64,000 nt of DNA. Origin: an uncultured delta proteobacterium. GTDB lineage: Bacteria > Desulfobacterota > Binatia > DP-6. The notes below the pieces were generated by a model, which was given only the letters and a program-made list of their open reading frames with translations, made no database searches and had not been told where the DNA came from. This document shows positions 29,217 through 38,534 of the stretch, piece after piece. The DNA lies in contig CAWFFN010000005.1 of the NCBI GenBank assembly GCA_963815115.1, positions 1,632,001 to 1,696,000 on the forward strand, in the 5' to 3' direction. Position 1 is the first letter of the stretch. Each line of letters opens with the position of its first letter. A program made the position numbers and the translations under genes.

Positions 29217-31793
29217 ATGGGCGGCGCACGCCTCCGGTGGCCCGCTGCGCTGCTCGCCGCGGCTGCGGTGGTCGCAGTGACGTGGATCCGCCAGCGGCCG
29301 CTGGGACTCCACGGCCTCGACGTCCATGCGGCGGCCGAGGTGCGGGACCGGCTGGCGGGAGCGAGGCATCTCGACGACGCGGCCGTCGATGCGTGGATCG
29401 CCGAGCATCGGGCGCGTTACGCCCGCAAGGTGGCGTCGACGCGGGACCGGCTGGCGCGACCCTATACGTACAGGGCCCAGGACGGGCGCGACCACGTCTA
29501 CCTCGGGGACTACGACAGCTATCTGTGGCTGCGGCGCGCGCGGCAGTACCTCCGGGCGGGAACCACCTGCGACGCCGTGGCGCACGGAGACTGCCGGGAC
29601 CTCCACACGCTGGCGCCCGTCGGCGGCTCGATGCGCTACGGGCGATCGATCCACATCGCGGCGATCGTTGCCGTGCAGCGGATCGCGGCGCGGCTCCGGC
29701 CGGGCTGGCCGCTGCCGTCGAGCGCCATGCTCGTCCCGATCATCGTGGGCGCGCTCGGCGTGCTGCCCGCATTCGCGCTCGGCCGCCGGCTCGCGGGCGA
29801 CGCGGGCGGTCTGTGCGCGGCGATCGTCGGCGGGACCAACGCCGTGTTCCTCGGACGCAGCATCGGCGGTGACGACGACGTGTGGAACGTCGTGCTGCCG
29901 CTCGCGGTCGTGTGGGCCGTCTCGGCCGCACTCGAAGCACGTCGCCCGATCGCATGCATGGGCTTCGCGGCGCTGGCGGCCGGGTTCCAGGCAGTGCACG
30001 CGCTCAGCTGGCGCGGGGCGCTGGTCACGTGGGGCGTGGTGGTCGGAGCGCTCGCCCTCGACGTCGCCGTGTCCGCGGCGCGCGCGCTCGGCCCCCGGCA
30101 CCGTGCAGCGGCGACCGGCGCGCTCGGTCGCACGAGTCTGACGCTCGTCGTGCTCTGCCTCGCCGGTCTCGGGCTCGCCGCCTTGCGAGGCGAGGCGCGC
30201 GCCTTCCTCCGCGTGCCACTGGACGCGCTGACCGCGCTCGTCGGTCCGGGGAACGTGCCGGCCCCGTCCGGCGAGCATTGGCCGGACACGCTGGCGACGG
30301 TCTCCGAGCTGTCGCACTCCGGCCTCGCGGGTATCGCGAGCGGCGTGGGCGGCGCGCTCTTCTGCTTCGTCGGCTGGCTCGGCCTGCTCCTGCTGGTGCT
30401 CCCGCGCCGGAACTGGGGACCGGCCCACTTCGCCGTGCTCATCGCGGGAACGCTCCTCTATCGCGGGCTGCTGGCAGCGCCCGAGATGAGCCGGGCGATC
30501 CTGCTGGGGCTCGTCGCGCTGCCGCTGGTCGCCGCGCTGGTCGTGTCCATCGGTGAGGATGACGACGACCAGGAGCGCGCTACCCGGCTGCTCGTCGTGG
30601 TGTGGTTTCTCGCCACGTTCCTGCTCGCGTGGGAATGGGTGCGCTTCACGATCCTGCTCGTGGCGCCGTTCGCGCTCGCGTTCGGCGTCGCGCTCGGCCG
30701 CCTGACGTCGTGGTTCGAGGAGGCGGCTGGTCCGTGGCGTCCGGCCGCGCGAGTGGCCGGCTGGCTCGTGGTCGCGGCCGTTCTCCTGCAGCCGCTCCGG
30801 AACGGACTCGACGCTGCGGACGCTTATCTGCCGCGCATGCGGGACGCCTGGTGGGACGGCCTGACCCGGCTCCGCCGCGAGGCGTCCGAGGACGCGGTCG
30901 TCGTCGCGTGGTGGGACTACGGCTACTTCGTGGAGTACGTCGCCGAGCGGGCGAGCGCGGCCGACGGGAGCACGCTCCTCACGCACGCGCCGCACTGGAT
31001 CGCCCGCGCGCTCCTCGCCCAGAGCGAGCGCGAGAGCGCGGGTCTGCTCCGCATGATCGCCTGCGGCTCGGACGCGTCGCCGCACCCGGAGGGCGCGCGG
31101 GGCGCATGGGGAAAGCTGGTCGCCCACGGCATCGACGGCGGGACCGCACACGATCTGGTCATCGCCGTGGCCAGCCTCGATCGAGCGGCCGCAGCCGGGC
31201 GCCTCGGGGCGGCGGGCCTCGATGCGGCCGCGGTCGAGGACGTTCTCGCCTCGACGCACTGCACGCCTCCGCCGACCTACGTTGTGCTGAGCAGTGCGCA
31301 GGCCGCAGCGACGACGTGGACCGTGCTCGGCTCCTGGAGTGACGAGCCCGAGGCGCTGGAGCTGTCGGGCGATGCCACGCCCTGCCGTCCCGACGGCCAT
31401 GGCACCCGCACGTGTGCCGTGCGAGCGGCGCTCGCGGATTCGCTGATCGAGCGCTTCGTCTATGCGGAGGCCGACCCGGCGGCGGGGCGGTTCGTGGTCC
31501 AGTCCTTCGACGGCGGGCCAGCGCGCGAGATGGCGCCGGCGGTCGTGATGCTCGCGGCCGGCGGTCAGGTGCGATCGCTCGAGCCGTCAGCCGCCGATCG
31601 CAGCCCGGTGGGAGTGCTCCTCAACGTCGAGCATGCCCGCGCCGTGGTGGGGACGCCGGCGTTGCTGCGCTCCACGTTCGCTCGCCTGATGTTTCTCGGC
31701 GACGGCGCGGGGAGCCCGTTCGAGCAGGTCGACGAGCGGACGGCGGCCGGCGAGCGGGTCGTGACCTGGCGAGTCCGCTACTTTCCCGATTGA
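29217..31793 (+). CDS. STT3-family oligosaccharyltransferase (PglB/AglB)
   Basis: DYDSY, RSIGGDDD (DxD), TVSE (TIXE/SVSE-like) and WWDYGY motifs. Multi-TM N-terminus with a soluble C-terminal domain. Confidence 0.9.
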   Translation: MGGARLRWPAALLAAAAVVAVTWIRQRPLGLHGLDVHAAAEVRDRLAGARHLDDAAVDAWIAEHRARYARKVASTRDRLARPYTYRAQDGRDHVYLGDYDSYLWLRRARQYLRAGTTCDAVAHGDCRDLHTLAPVGGSMRYGRSIHIAAIVAVQRIAARLRPGWPLPSSAMLVPIIVGALGVLPAFALGRRLAGDAGGLCAAIVGGTNAVFLGRSIGGDDDVWNVVLPLAVVWAVSAALEARRPIACMGFAALAAGFQAVHALSWRGALVTWGVVVGALALDVAVSAARALGPRHRAAATGALGRTSLTLVVLCLAGLGLAALRGEARAFLRVPLDALTALVGPGNVPAPSGEHWPDTLATVSELSHSGLAGIASGVGGALFCFVGWLGLLLLVLPRRNWGPAHFAVLIAGTLLYRGLLAAPEMSRAILLGLVALPLVAALVVSIGEDDDDQERATRLLVVVWFLATFLLAWEWVRFTILLVAPFALAFGVALGRLTSWFEEAAGPWRPAARVAGWLVVAAVLLQPLRNGLDAADAYLPRMRDAWWDGLTRLRREASEDAVVVAWWDYGYFVEYVAERASAADGSTLLTHAPHWIARALLAQSERESAGLLRMIACGSDASPHPEGARGAWGKLVAHGIDGGTAHDLVIAVASLDRAAAAGRLGAAGLDAAAVEDVLASTHCTPPPTYVVLSSAQAAATTWTVLGSWSDEPEALELSGDATPCRPDGHGTRTCAVRAALADSLIERFVYAEADPAAGRFVVQSFDGGPAREMAPAVVMLAAGGQVRSLEPSAADRSPVGVLLNVEHARAVVGTPALLRSTFARLMFLGDGAGSPFEQVDERTAAGERVVTWRVRYFPD

Positions 31794-32212
31794 CGGACCG
31801 CGAGCGTGCAGAAGGTCTTCGACTTCTTGAGCGCCAGCGAGCCGTTGAACGGGAAATCGAGGGCGCCGACTCCCACCGTCGCTCCCGGGAACTTCGGCGT
31901 GCCCGAGTCGTCCTTGATGCTGAAGCAGACCAGGCTCAGCGCCGTATCGTTGGAGCCTCCGTTGTTGATGGGGTCGCAGTAGAGGACGGGCTTGAGGGCC
32001 TGCCCGGTCGTGCCCTGGAGGGTGCCGTTGAAGATCATGTCGACCGGCACGAACTTCGGCGAGCCCTTGGGCGGCTTCCCGGGGTAGCAGCGCCATCCCT
32101 GCGGGGCGATCTGCGTGGACGCGGTGTCCGTCCAGAGCAGCGACAGAACCGTTGCCGCGACCACGACGGCGGCGCACACGGCCCACGCTGGCCGGCGGCG
32201 GGTTCCTTCCAT
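31778..32212 (-). CDS. Small secreted Cys-containing hypothetical protein
   Basis: GGAGGA SD, signal peptide, 4 Cys in the mature part. Confidence 0.6.
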   Translation of the reverse strand: MEGTRRRPAWAVCAAVVVAATVLSLLWTDTASTQIAPQGWRCYPGKPPKGSPKFVPVDMIFNGTLQGTTGQALKPVLYCDPINNGGSNDTALSLVCFSIKDDSGTPKFPGATVGVGALDFPFNGSLALKKSKTFCTLAVRQSGK

Positions 32213-32279
32213 CGCTCGTCCTCCGTAGGCCGAGGTATCACGGCGCGGCTATTCGTGTCCAGGAGAATCCGGGGATGGA

Positions 32280-34052
32280 TCATCCCTCGGCGGCGGCCAG
32301 GTGCCGGAAGGCAGCGTTGTCGCTCAGGAGGTCCTCGTAGCGGCCCTCGGCGGCGATGCGGCCATCGGCGAGCAGGACCAGGCGATCGCAGCAGCGGACG
32401 CTGGTCAGGCGGTGCGCGACGACCACCAGCGTGAGGACCCCGCGCAGCGGCTCGATGGCGCGCAGCAGCTCTGCCTCCGTGTGGTTGTCCAGCGCCGCGG
32501 TCGCCTCGTCGAACACCAGGACGTGGGGCCGGTGGTACAGCGCGCGCGCGATCCCGACTCGCTGGCGCTGCCCGCCCGAGAGACGGGCGCCTCGCTCGCC
32601 GACGGTGGTGGCGAGCCCCTGGGGCAGGCCCGCGACGAACTCGTCGAGCTGCGCCATGCGCACGACCTCACCCACCCGCTCCTCGTCGACGGCATCGTCC
32701 GCGACGCCGAGCGCGATGTTGCGGCGCAACGAGTCGTCCACGAGCGCGACGGTCTGCGGCACGTACCCGATCGCACGTCCCCAGGCGCGGCGGACCTCAC
32801 GGAGATCGCGCCCGTCGATCGTGATGCGGCCGGCCGTCGGGGAGAGCAGTCCGCAGAGCAGGTCCACGAGCGTGCTCTTGCCCGCGCCGGTCGCACCGAC
32901 GACGCCGACCGATTCGCCGCGCCGGATGGTGAGGTCGAGATCGGCCAGCGCGGGTCCCGGTGCGCCATCGTAGGCGAACGACGCGTTTGCCAGCACGATC
33001 GCGTTGCTGAAGGGAAGCGGTGCCCCGCCGGCGTCGCTGGCGAGCGCGGGAGCGGCGCCGGCCAGGTCCGCGTGCAGCGCGCGCACGGACGCCCCGCCGG
33101 CCCGGATCTCGTTCACCAGCATGAGGATGCGGTTGGCGGAGGGAATCACGCGAAAGCCCGCGTAGGCGTAGAGTCCGAGCAGCGGGACGACGTCCGGGCC
33201 GGGTCTGCCGAGGCGAACGAGTGCCACCACGACCGCCAGCGCCCCGAGCACGAAGACCGATTCGACCAGCACCCGGGGCAGGGCCGCGAGGGTGTCGGTC
33301 AGGTGCCGGACGCGCGCCAGTGCGTCCTGGCTGCGGGCGAACTGGCGGAAGAAGAAGCTCTCGCGGCCGAGGACCTTGATCTCCTTCACGGCGCCGAGGG
33401 TGGCCTGCACCCCTCCCAGCATGTCACGCTCCAGCGCGTACGTGCGCTCGCCCCAGCGGCGGGCGCGCGCCCGCGTCGCGTGCAGCAGGATCGCGCCCGT
33501 GGCGCCGAGCGCGAGCACGAGCCCGAGCGTCATGGCGGGTGACGTGAAACCGAGGACGGCCGTGATGGCGAGGACGACGAGCATCTCGGTGGCCACGGTG
33601 ACGGCGGGCGCGAGCACCCGGCGGCAGACGTCGTCGGCGCCGGTGGTGACGTTGTGGATGAGCTCGGCCGAGTTGCGGCGGAGGTGAAAAGGGTAGGGCG
33701 CTCCCAGATAGACGGCGAGCGCGCGGCGCGCGATCTCGGCGCGTCCCTCGGCCACGCGTGCGGTCTGCACCCACGCCTGCCAGACCTGGAAGGCGTTCTT
33801 CGCCAGGTAGAAGAACGCCAGCAGGACCGTGAAGATCACCACGGTTCCACGCCAGTCGCCTCCGGCGAGCGCCGCGACCACGGGCAGGCGGCCTGCCGCC
33901 GCCGGATCCCCCACGATGCGGATGAGCACGTAGAGGGCGGCCGCGCCGAGCGCCTCCGCTCCCGCGGCGGCGAGCGACAGCGGCACGAGCGCCGCCCACT
34001 GCCGTCGCATGGCGGGTGGCAGAAGCGCGAGGGCGTTCCGGATGGTGGTCAT
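32280..34052 (-). CDS. ABC transporter, PglK/WlaB-like lipid-linked oligosaccharide flippase
   Basis: PY.FHL.RNSAELI, GATGAGKST, LSGGQRQR and FDEATAALD motifs. Translationally coupled to the ALG1-like gene. Confidence 0.85.
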   Translation of the reverse strand: MTTIRNALALLPPAMRRQWAALVPLSLAAAGAEALGAAALYVLIRIVGDPAAAGRLPVVAALAGGDWRGTVVIFTVLLAFFYLAKNAFQVWQAWVQTARVAEGRAEIARRALAVYLGAPYPFHLRRNSAELIHNVTTGADDVCRRVLAPAVTVATEMLVVLAITAVLGFTSPAMTLGLVLALGATGAILLHATRARARRWGERTYALERDMLGGVQATLGAVKEIKVLGRESFFFRQFARSQDALARVRHLTDTLAALPRVLVESVFVLGALAVVVALVRLGRPGPDVVPLLGLYAYAGFRVIPSANRILMLVNEIRAGGASVRALHADLAGAAPALASDAGGAPLPFSNAIVLANASFAYDGAPGPALADLDLTIRRGESVGVVGATGAGKSTLVDLLCGLLSPTAGRITIDGRDLREVRRAWGRAIGYVPQTVALVDDSLRRNIALGVADDAVDEERVGEVVRMAQLDEFVAGLPQGLATTVGERGARLSGGQRQRVGIARALYHRPHVLVFDEATAALDNHTEAELLRAIEPLRGVLTLVVVAHRLTSVRCCDRLVLLADGRIAAEGRYEDLLSDNAAFRHLAAAEG

Positions 34053-35316
34053 CACGCCAGGTCCGGAACGAGCACCGGGCGGGCCGCTGCCGTCCAGGCG
34101 TCCGCCCAGCGCTGATCCGTCTCGCGTGCCACGCCTGCCCGGAGGCGGTCGAGCAGCGCGGCCTGATCGGGGAACCCATCGAGAACGCGGCGCAGGCACT
34201 CCACCAGCTCCTCGGCGCTGCGGAAGAGGAGGGCGTTGTCTCCCTCGCGTGCGAGCTCGCCCAGACACGGTCCGTAGTCGAACGCCACGACGGGCACCCC
34301 CGCGCCGAACAGGTCGGCCACCTTCATCGGGAGGTCGAGTCCCGACGCCGAGCGGTGCAGGCAGAGCCCGAGATCGGCCGCGCCGAGGAATCGGCGATAC
34401 TCCGCGGAGGGCAGCCACAGGGTGCGCAGGTGAACCCGCTCGAGCCGGAGCGCCGCGAAGCGGCGCTCGTAGTCCGCCCTGAGCGGTCCCTGACCCGTGA
34501 CCACGATCGCGAGCCGCGCCCGCGTCGTCCCGACGCGCCGGTCCCACTTGAGGGCGGCGTCCACGAGCAGCTCGAAGTCCTCGTCGGCCGTCCAGCTGGT
34601 CGGACTGACGACGAGTGCCGGGCGTCCCTCGTCACCGTCGCCGGCGAGTCCGGGGAGGTCGAGGCGTAACGCCAGCTCGTCGAGCACTGCTCGCCGGTCG
34701 TCGGGAAGGAGCGGCTCGAAGCCCGCGCCGGGCCGGTCACGAAAGACCGTCGCACGACCGACCTTCCAGCGGACGAGCTCGGCGGCGAGCGCGCGCGAGA
34801 CGCAGAGATGCGCGTCCGCGCATCGTCCGAGGCCCCGTTCGAGACCGCGCGACGAGACCGACCAGGGGGTGTCGCGGGCCCAGGCGCAACGCCAGCATCG
34901 CCCAGCCGAGGTTGTGCCAGTCGACGACCAGGCGGGCGCTCCGGATGCGGCAGACGGCGAGCGCCACCACGAGCGCCGGGATCGTGGGCGGGTTCTGCAC
35001 CAGGATCACGCTGCGGGGCTCGACGGTGCCGGAGAGCGTCGCGAGGAGCGCGGCGGCTGCGCGGACGGCGTTCCAGAGGGCGACGGCCAGGAAGAGCGGG
35101 CGGGGCAGCCCGTGGCGTCGGGCGCCAGCCGGCGCCGCGAGGATGTGCACCACGACGCGGGGGTCGTTTGCGATCTCGGACGGGATACTCGGTCTCCTCG
35201 TAGCCCACGAGGTGCACGTCCGCGCCGCTGTCGGCCAGCGCACGTGCGTGGTACAGCATCCGCGGGCTGCGCCCCAGATCCCCCAGCACCACCACGGTCA
35301 CGCGGAAGCGAGGCAT
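34052..35316 (-). CDS. ALG1-like beta-1,4-mannosyltransferase (GT33), interrupted by two +1 frameshifts (about 35190 and 34844)
   Basis: VVLGDLGRSPRMLYHA, LVQNPPTIP, VDWHNLG, LCVSRAL, SPTSWTADEDF, VTGQGP and GLCLHRSASGLDLPMKVADLFG match eukaryotic ALG1 hallmark motifs across three frames. Confidence 0.85.
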
Positions 35317-36460
35317 GGAGACGGCCGGTGTCATAGCCCACCCGCCGCGGACGCTCCACGGGCGCCGCATCGCCATCGCGGGGGGTGGAACCGCGGGCCA
35401 CGTGCAGCCGGCGCTCGCCGTCGCCGAGGCGTACCGCGCCGCGGTGCCCGACGTCGAGGTCCTCTTCCTGGGGACGCCGACCGGAGCCGAGAGCCGGCTG
35501 GTGCCGGCGCACGGCCATCGGCTCGCGACGGTGACGGCGGCGCCGTTCTTCGGCGTCGGACCGGTCGGCCGGCTGCGCAGCGTCACGGCGCTGGCTGCCG
35601 GCGCCGCGCAGGCGCGCCGCGTGCTGCGCGCCGAGGGGATCGAGCTCATCCTCGGCCTCGGCAACTTCGCAGCCGCCGGCGCAGTCCTGGGCGCCCGGAC
35701 GCTCGGACTCCCCACCGTGATCCACGAGGCCAACGCCGTGGCGGGGGTGGCGAACCGGCTGCTCGGCCGGCTGGTCGATCGCGTGCTGCTCGGCTTCGCC
35801 GACGCCGCGCCGGCCTTTCCACGCGGCGCGACACTGCTCACCGGCACGCCGGTCCGGGCCGCGCTCGGCGGGCTGGCGACCTCGCGCGAGACGCGTGCCC
35901 CGGGAGCGATTCGACTCCTCGTCCTCGGCGGATCGCAGGGCTCGCCGTTCCTGAACGCGCGCGTGCCGGAGGCGGCGGGGCGCGTGGCGGGTCGCGGGCT
36001 CGCGGTGGAGGTCTGGCACCAGACCGGCCGTGGCGACACCGATCCGGTGCGCGCCGACTATCAGCGCAACGGCGTGCCCGCCCGCGTCGTGTCATCCCTC
36101 GACGACATGACGGACGCCTACCGCTGGGCAGACATCGCGATCGCGTGTGCCGGTGCAGTCACGCTGGCCGAGCTGGCCGTCGTCGCGCTCCCGGCGCTCC
36201 TGGTGCCGCTCGCGACGGCGGCGCTCGACCACCAGCGCGCGAACGCGAGCGCCTTCGCCGCTGCCGCCGGCGTATGGTGGACGGGCGAGAACGCCTGGGA
36301 TGCGACCGTCGTCGAGGAGCGGCTCGCCGCGCTGGTCGCCTCGCCGGATGAACGGCGCACTGCCAGGATACGGATCGCCGCCGCGGCCAGGCCGGAGGCG
36401 GCTGCCGACGTGGTGGCGGCCTGCGAGGCTCTCCTCCGGTCGGCCGGTGCGCGCAGGTGA
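35315..36460 (+). CDS. MurG-like GT28 UDP-GlcNAc transferase (outside a dcw cluster)
   Basis: AGGGTAGHVQP, IHEANAVAG.ANR, TGTPVR, LGGSQG, AGAVTLAE and HQ..NA motifs. Confidence 0.88.
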   Translation: METAGVIAHPPRTLHGRRIAIAGGGTAGHVQPALAVAEAYRAAVPDVEVLFLGTPTGAESRLVPAHGHRLATVTAAPFFGVGPVGRLRSVTALAAGAAQARRVLRAEGIELILGLGNFAAAGAVLGARTLGLPTVIHEANAVAGVANRLLGRLVDRVLLGFADAAPAFPRGATLLTGTPVRAALGGLATSRETRAPGAIRLLVLGGSQGSPFLNARVPEAAGRVAGRGLAVEVWHQTGRGDTDPVRADYQRNGVPARVVSSLDDMTDAYRWADIAIACAGAVTLAELAVVALPALLVPLATAALDHQRANASAFAAAAGVWWTGENAWDATVVEERLAALVASPDERRTARIRIAAAARPEAAADVVAACEALLRSAGARR

Positions 36461-36467
36461 CGAGGGC

Positions 36468-37517
36468 TCACCGGGAGCCGCGCGCGCGCAGCCATCGCGC
36501 CGTGACGGCGATGGCGAGCACGGCGCCGCCGACGGCGGCGATCGTTGCGGGGCGTCCGGCGACGACGGCGACGACGGCGACGGCGCCGAACGTGGCGCAA
36601 ACCCCGTAGAGGAGCAGCACGGCGCCGCGGTGGCTCATCCCGTCGCCGAGCAGGCGGTGATGGATGTGTCCCTGGTCCGCCCGCGCGATGCCCCCGACAC
36701 CGGCGGCGAGCACGCGCCGCAGCACGGCCAGCGCCGTGTCTGCGACGGGGAGCCCGAGGGCCAGCACCGGTGCGAGCACGACGACGGCGGTCGCGCTCTT
36801 GGCCAGCGACTCCAGCGCGAGAATCGCCATCGTGTAGCCGATGAGCAGGCTTCCCGTGTCTCCCAGGAAGATCGAGGCGGGCGGAAAGTTGTAGGCGAGG
36901 AACCCGGCCAGTCCACCGCCGAGGGCAGCCCACATGCCGGCGGCGTCGTACCGCCCCTCGGCCAGACAGACCAGGCACAGCGCCGTCGCGGCGATCGCAC
37001 CGGTGCCGGCGGCGAGACCGTCGAGGCCGTCGATCAGGTTGATGGCGTTGGTGATGGCGACGATCCAGGCGACGGTGAGCACGCCACCGGCGCCGCCGAG
37101 GTCGAGCCAGTGTCCGGTGAAGGGATTGGTGAGACCCTCGAGGGTGTAGCCGCCGGCGACGGCGAGCGTGGCGGCGAGCACCTGGAGGGCGAGCTTGGGG
37201 GCGACCGGGAGCCCGGCCAGGTCGTCAGCCACGCCGATTGCGACGATCACCGTGAAGCCCGCGATCAGCAGCCCCGGGGTGCGCCCTGGCGCAGCCAGCG
37301 CGTGGAGTGCGCTGCCCCCCGCGAGCCCGTCCAGGACGAGCGCGCCAGCGACGGCGACGAGGACCGCCAGTCCGCCGAGCCGCGGAGTGGGGCGGACGTG
37401 CACGCGGCGCGGACCTGGATCGTCGACGGCCCCGATGCGCCTGGCGGCGGCGCGCACCACGGGAGTGACCAGCAGAGCGAGCGCTGCCGCGGTCGCGGCG
37501 AGGATCAGGTATTCCAC
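36468..37517 (-). CDS. wecA: Polyprenyl-phosphate GlcNAc-1-phosphate transferase (WecA/TagO; MraY/ALG7 superfamily)
   Basis: D.PG.RRVH..PTPRLGG, G..DD, NAINLIDGLDGL, YNFPPASIFLGDTGS and DQGHIHHRL motifs. Confidence 0.9.
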   Translation of the reverse strand: MEYLILAATAAALALLVTPVVRAAARRIGAVDDPGPRRVHVRPTPRLGGLAVLVAVAGALVLDGLAGGSALHALAAPGRTPGLLIAGFTVIVAIGVADDLAGLPVAPKLALQVLAATLAVAGGYTLEGLTNPFTGHWLDLGGAGGVLTVAWIVAITNAINLIDGLDGLAAGTGAIAATALCLVCLAEGRYDAAGMWAALGGGLAGFLAYNFPPASIFLGDTGSLLIGYTMAILALESLAKSATAVVVLAPVLALGLPVADTALAVLRRVLAAGVGGIARADQGHIHHRLLGDGMSHRGAVLLLYGVCATFGAVAVVAVVAGRPATIAAVGGAVLAIAVTARWLRARGSR

Positions 37518-37646
37518 CGTCGCTCACCCGCCCCAGACGAGGGTGCTACCACCGCCCCGCCGGCGCACGCCACCGCGGGTGAGGCGGCGCGTGCTGGTCT
37601 TGCCGGCGGTGCCGAGGTAAGCGGGCGAGTGCCGGCAAGAGACCGC

Positions 37647-38528
37647 GTGCCGCGCCTGCCGCGCTCCAGGATCGCGCTCCGCCACTACGCCCTCGTGAGC
37701 GCCCCTGCGTTCGTGGCATCGCGCGTGCTCGATCGGCTGGTGCGGCCGCGGGTCTATCTCGGCGACCATACCCTGATGACCCGGACGGTCTTCGGTCACG
37801 TCCTCTACCTGGACACACGCGACGACAGCCTGTTGCCGGCGCTCGCCCTGCGCGGGGTCTGGGAGCCGAACGTCACGCGTGTCTTCCTGCGCCTGCTGCG
37901 GCCCGGCATGCGAGTGGTCGAGATCGGAGCGAACGTGGGCTACTACACCGTTCTGGCGGGCTCGTGCGTCGGCCCGTCGGGCAGCGTGGTCGCCTTCGAG
38001 GCCAATCCGCGCGCCGCGGAGCGCCTGCGACGCGCCGTCATCGTGAACGGCTACCAGTGGTGGACGCGCGTGGTCGTGTCGGCCGTCGCGGACCGCCAGG
38101 GTCGGGCGACGCTCCACCTGCTCGAGCGCCAGCAGGGAAGCTCGAGTCTCTTCCCGCGAGGCGACGCGTACCTCGAGCACCACGCCGAACAGGCGAGCCC
38201 GCTCGAGGTGCCCGTGACCACGCTCGACGGGTTTCTCGGGCCAGACCCCGCGCCGATCGATCTGCTGAAGATCGACGCGGAGGGCACCGAGCCGTTGATC
38301 TTCGCGGGCATGAGCGAGCTGCTCGCGCGCAGCCCGCATCTGCGCGCGGTGATCGAATTCGCCCCGCCGCTCATGGCGAACGCCGGGCGCGACGCGGGAG
38401 CATTTCTCGACACGCTCGCGTCACTCGGCTTTCACATCGACGTGATCGACGCGCGCGGCGGCCTTTGCACCGCGACGACCGCGCAGCTCCTCGCCGCCGA
38501 ATCGAGCGAGCTGCTGCTCTCGCGCTGA
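37647..38528 (+). CDS. FkbM family methyltransferase
   Basis: WEP..T, EIGANVGYYT, AFEANP and LKIDAEG motifs. Start uncertain. Confidence 0.88.
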   Translation: MPRLPRSRIALRHYALVSAPAFVASRVLDRLVRPRVYLGDHTLMTRTVFGHVLYLDTRDDSLLPALALRGVWEPNVTRVFLRLLRPGMRVVEIGANVGYYTVLAGSCVGPSGSVVAFEANPRAAERLRRAVIVNGYQWWTRVVVSAVADRQGRATLHLLERQQGSSSLFPRGDAYLEHHAEQASPLEVPVTTLDGFLGPDPAPIDLLKIDAEGTEPLIFAGMSELLARSPHLRAVIEFAPPLMANAGRDAGAFLDTLASLGFHIDVIDARGGLCTATTAQLLAAESSELLLSR

Positions 38529-38534
38529 GCGCGC

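Noticed and set aside
35315-37517. Reading the MurG-like and MraY-superfamily genes as a peptidoglycan (dcw) cluster
   Set aside because: No ftsW, murC, murD or ftsZ neighbours, the genes are convergent, and the transferase has the WecA-type HIHH motif.
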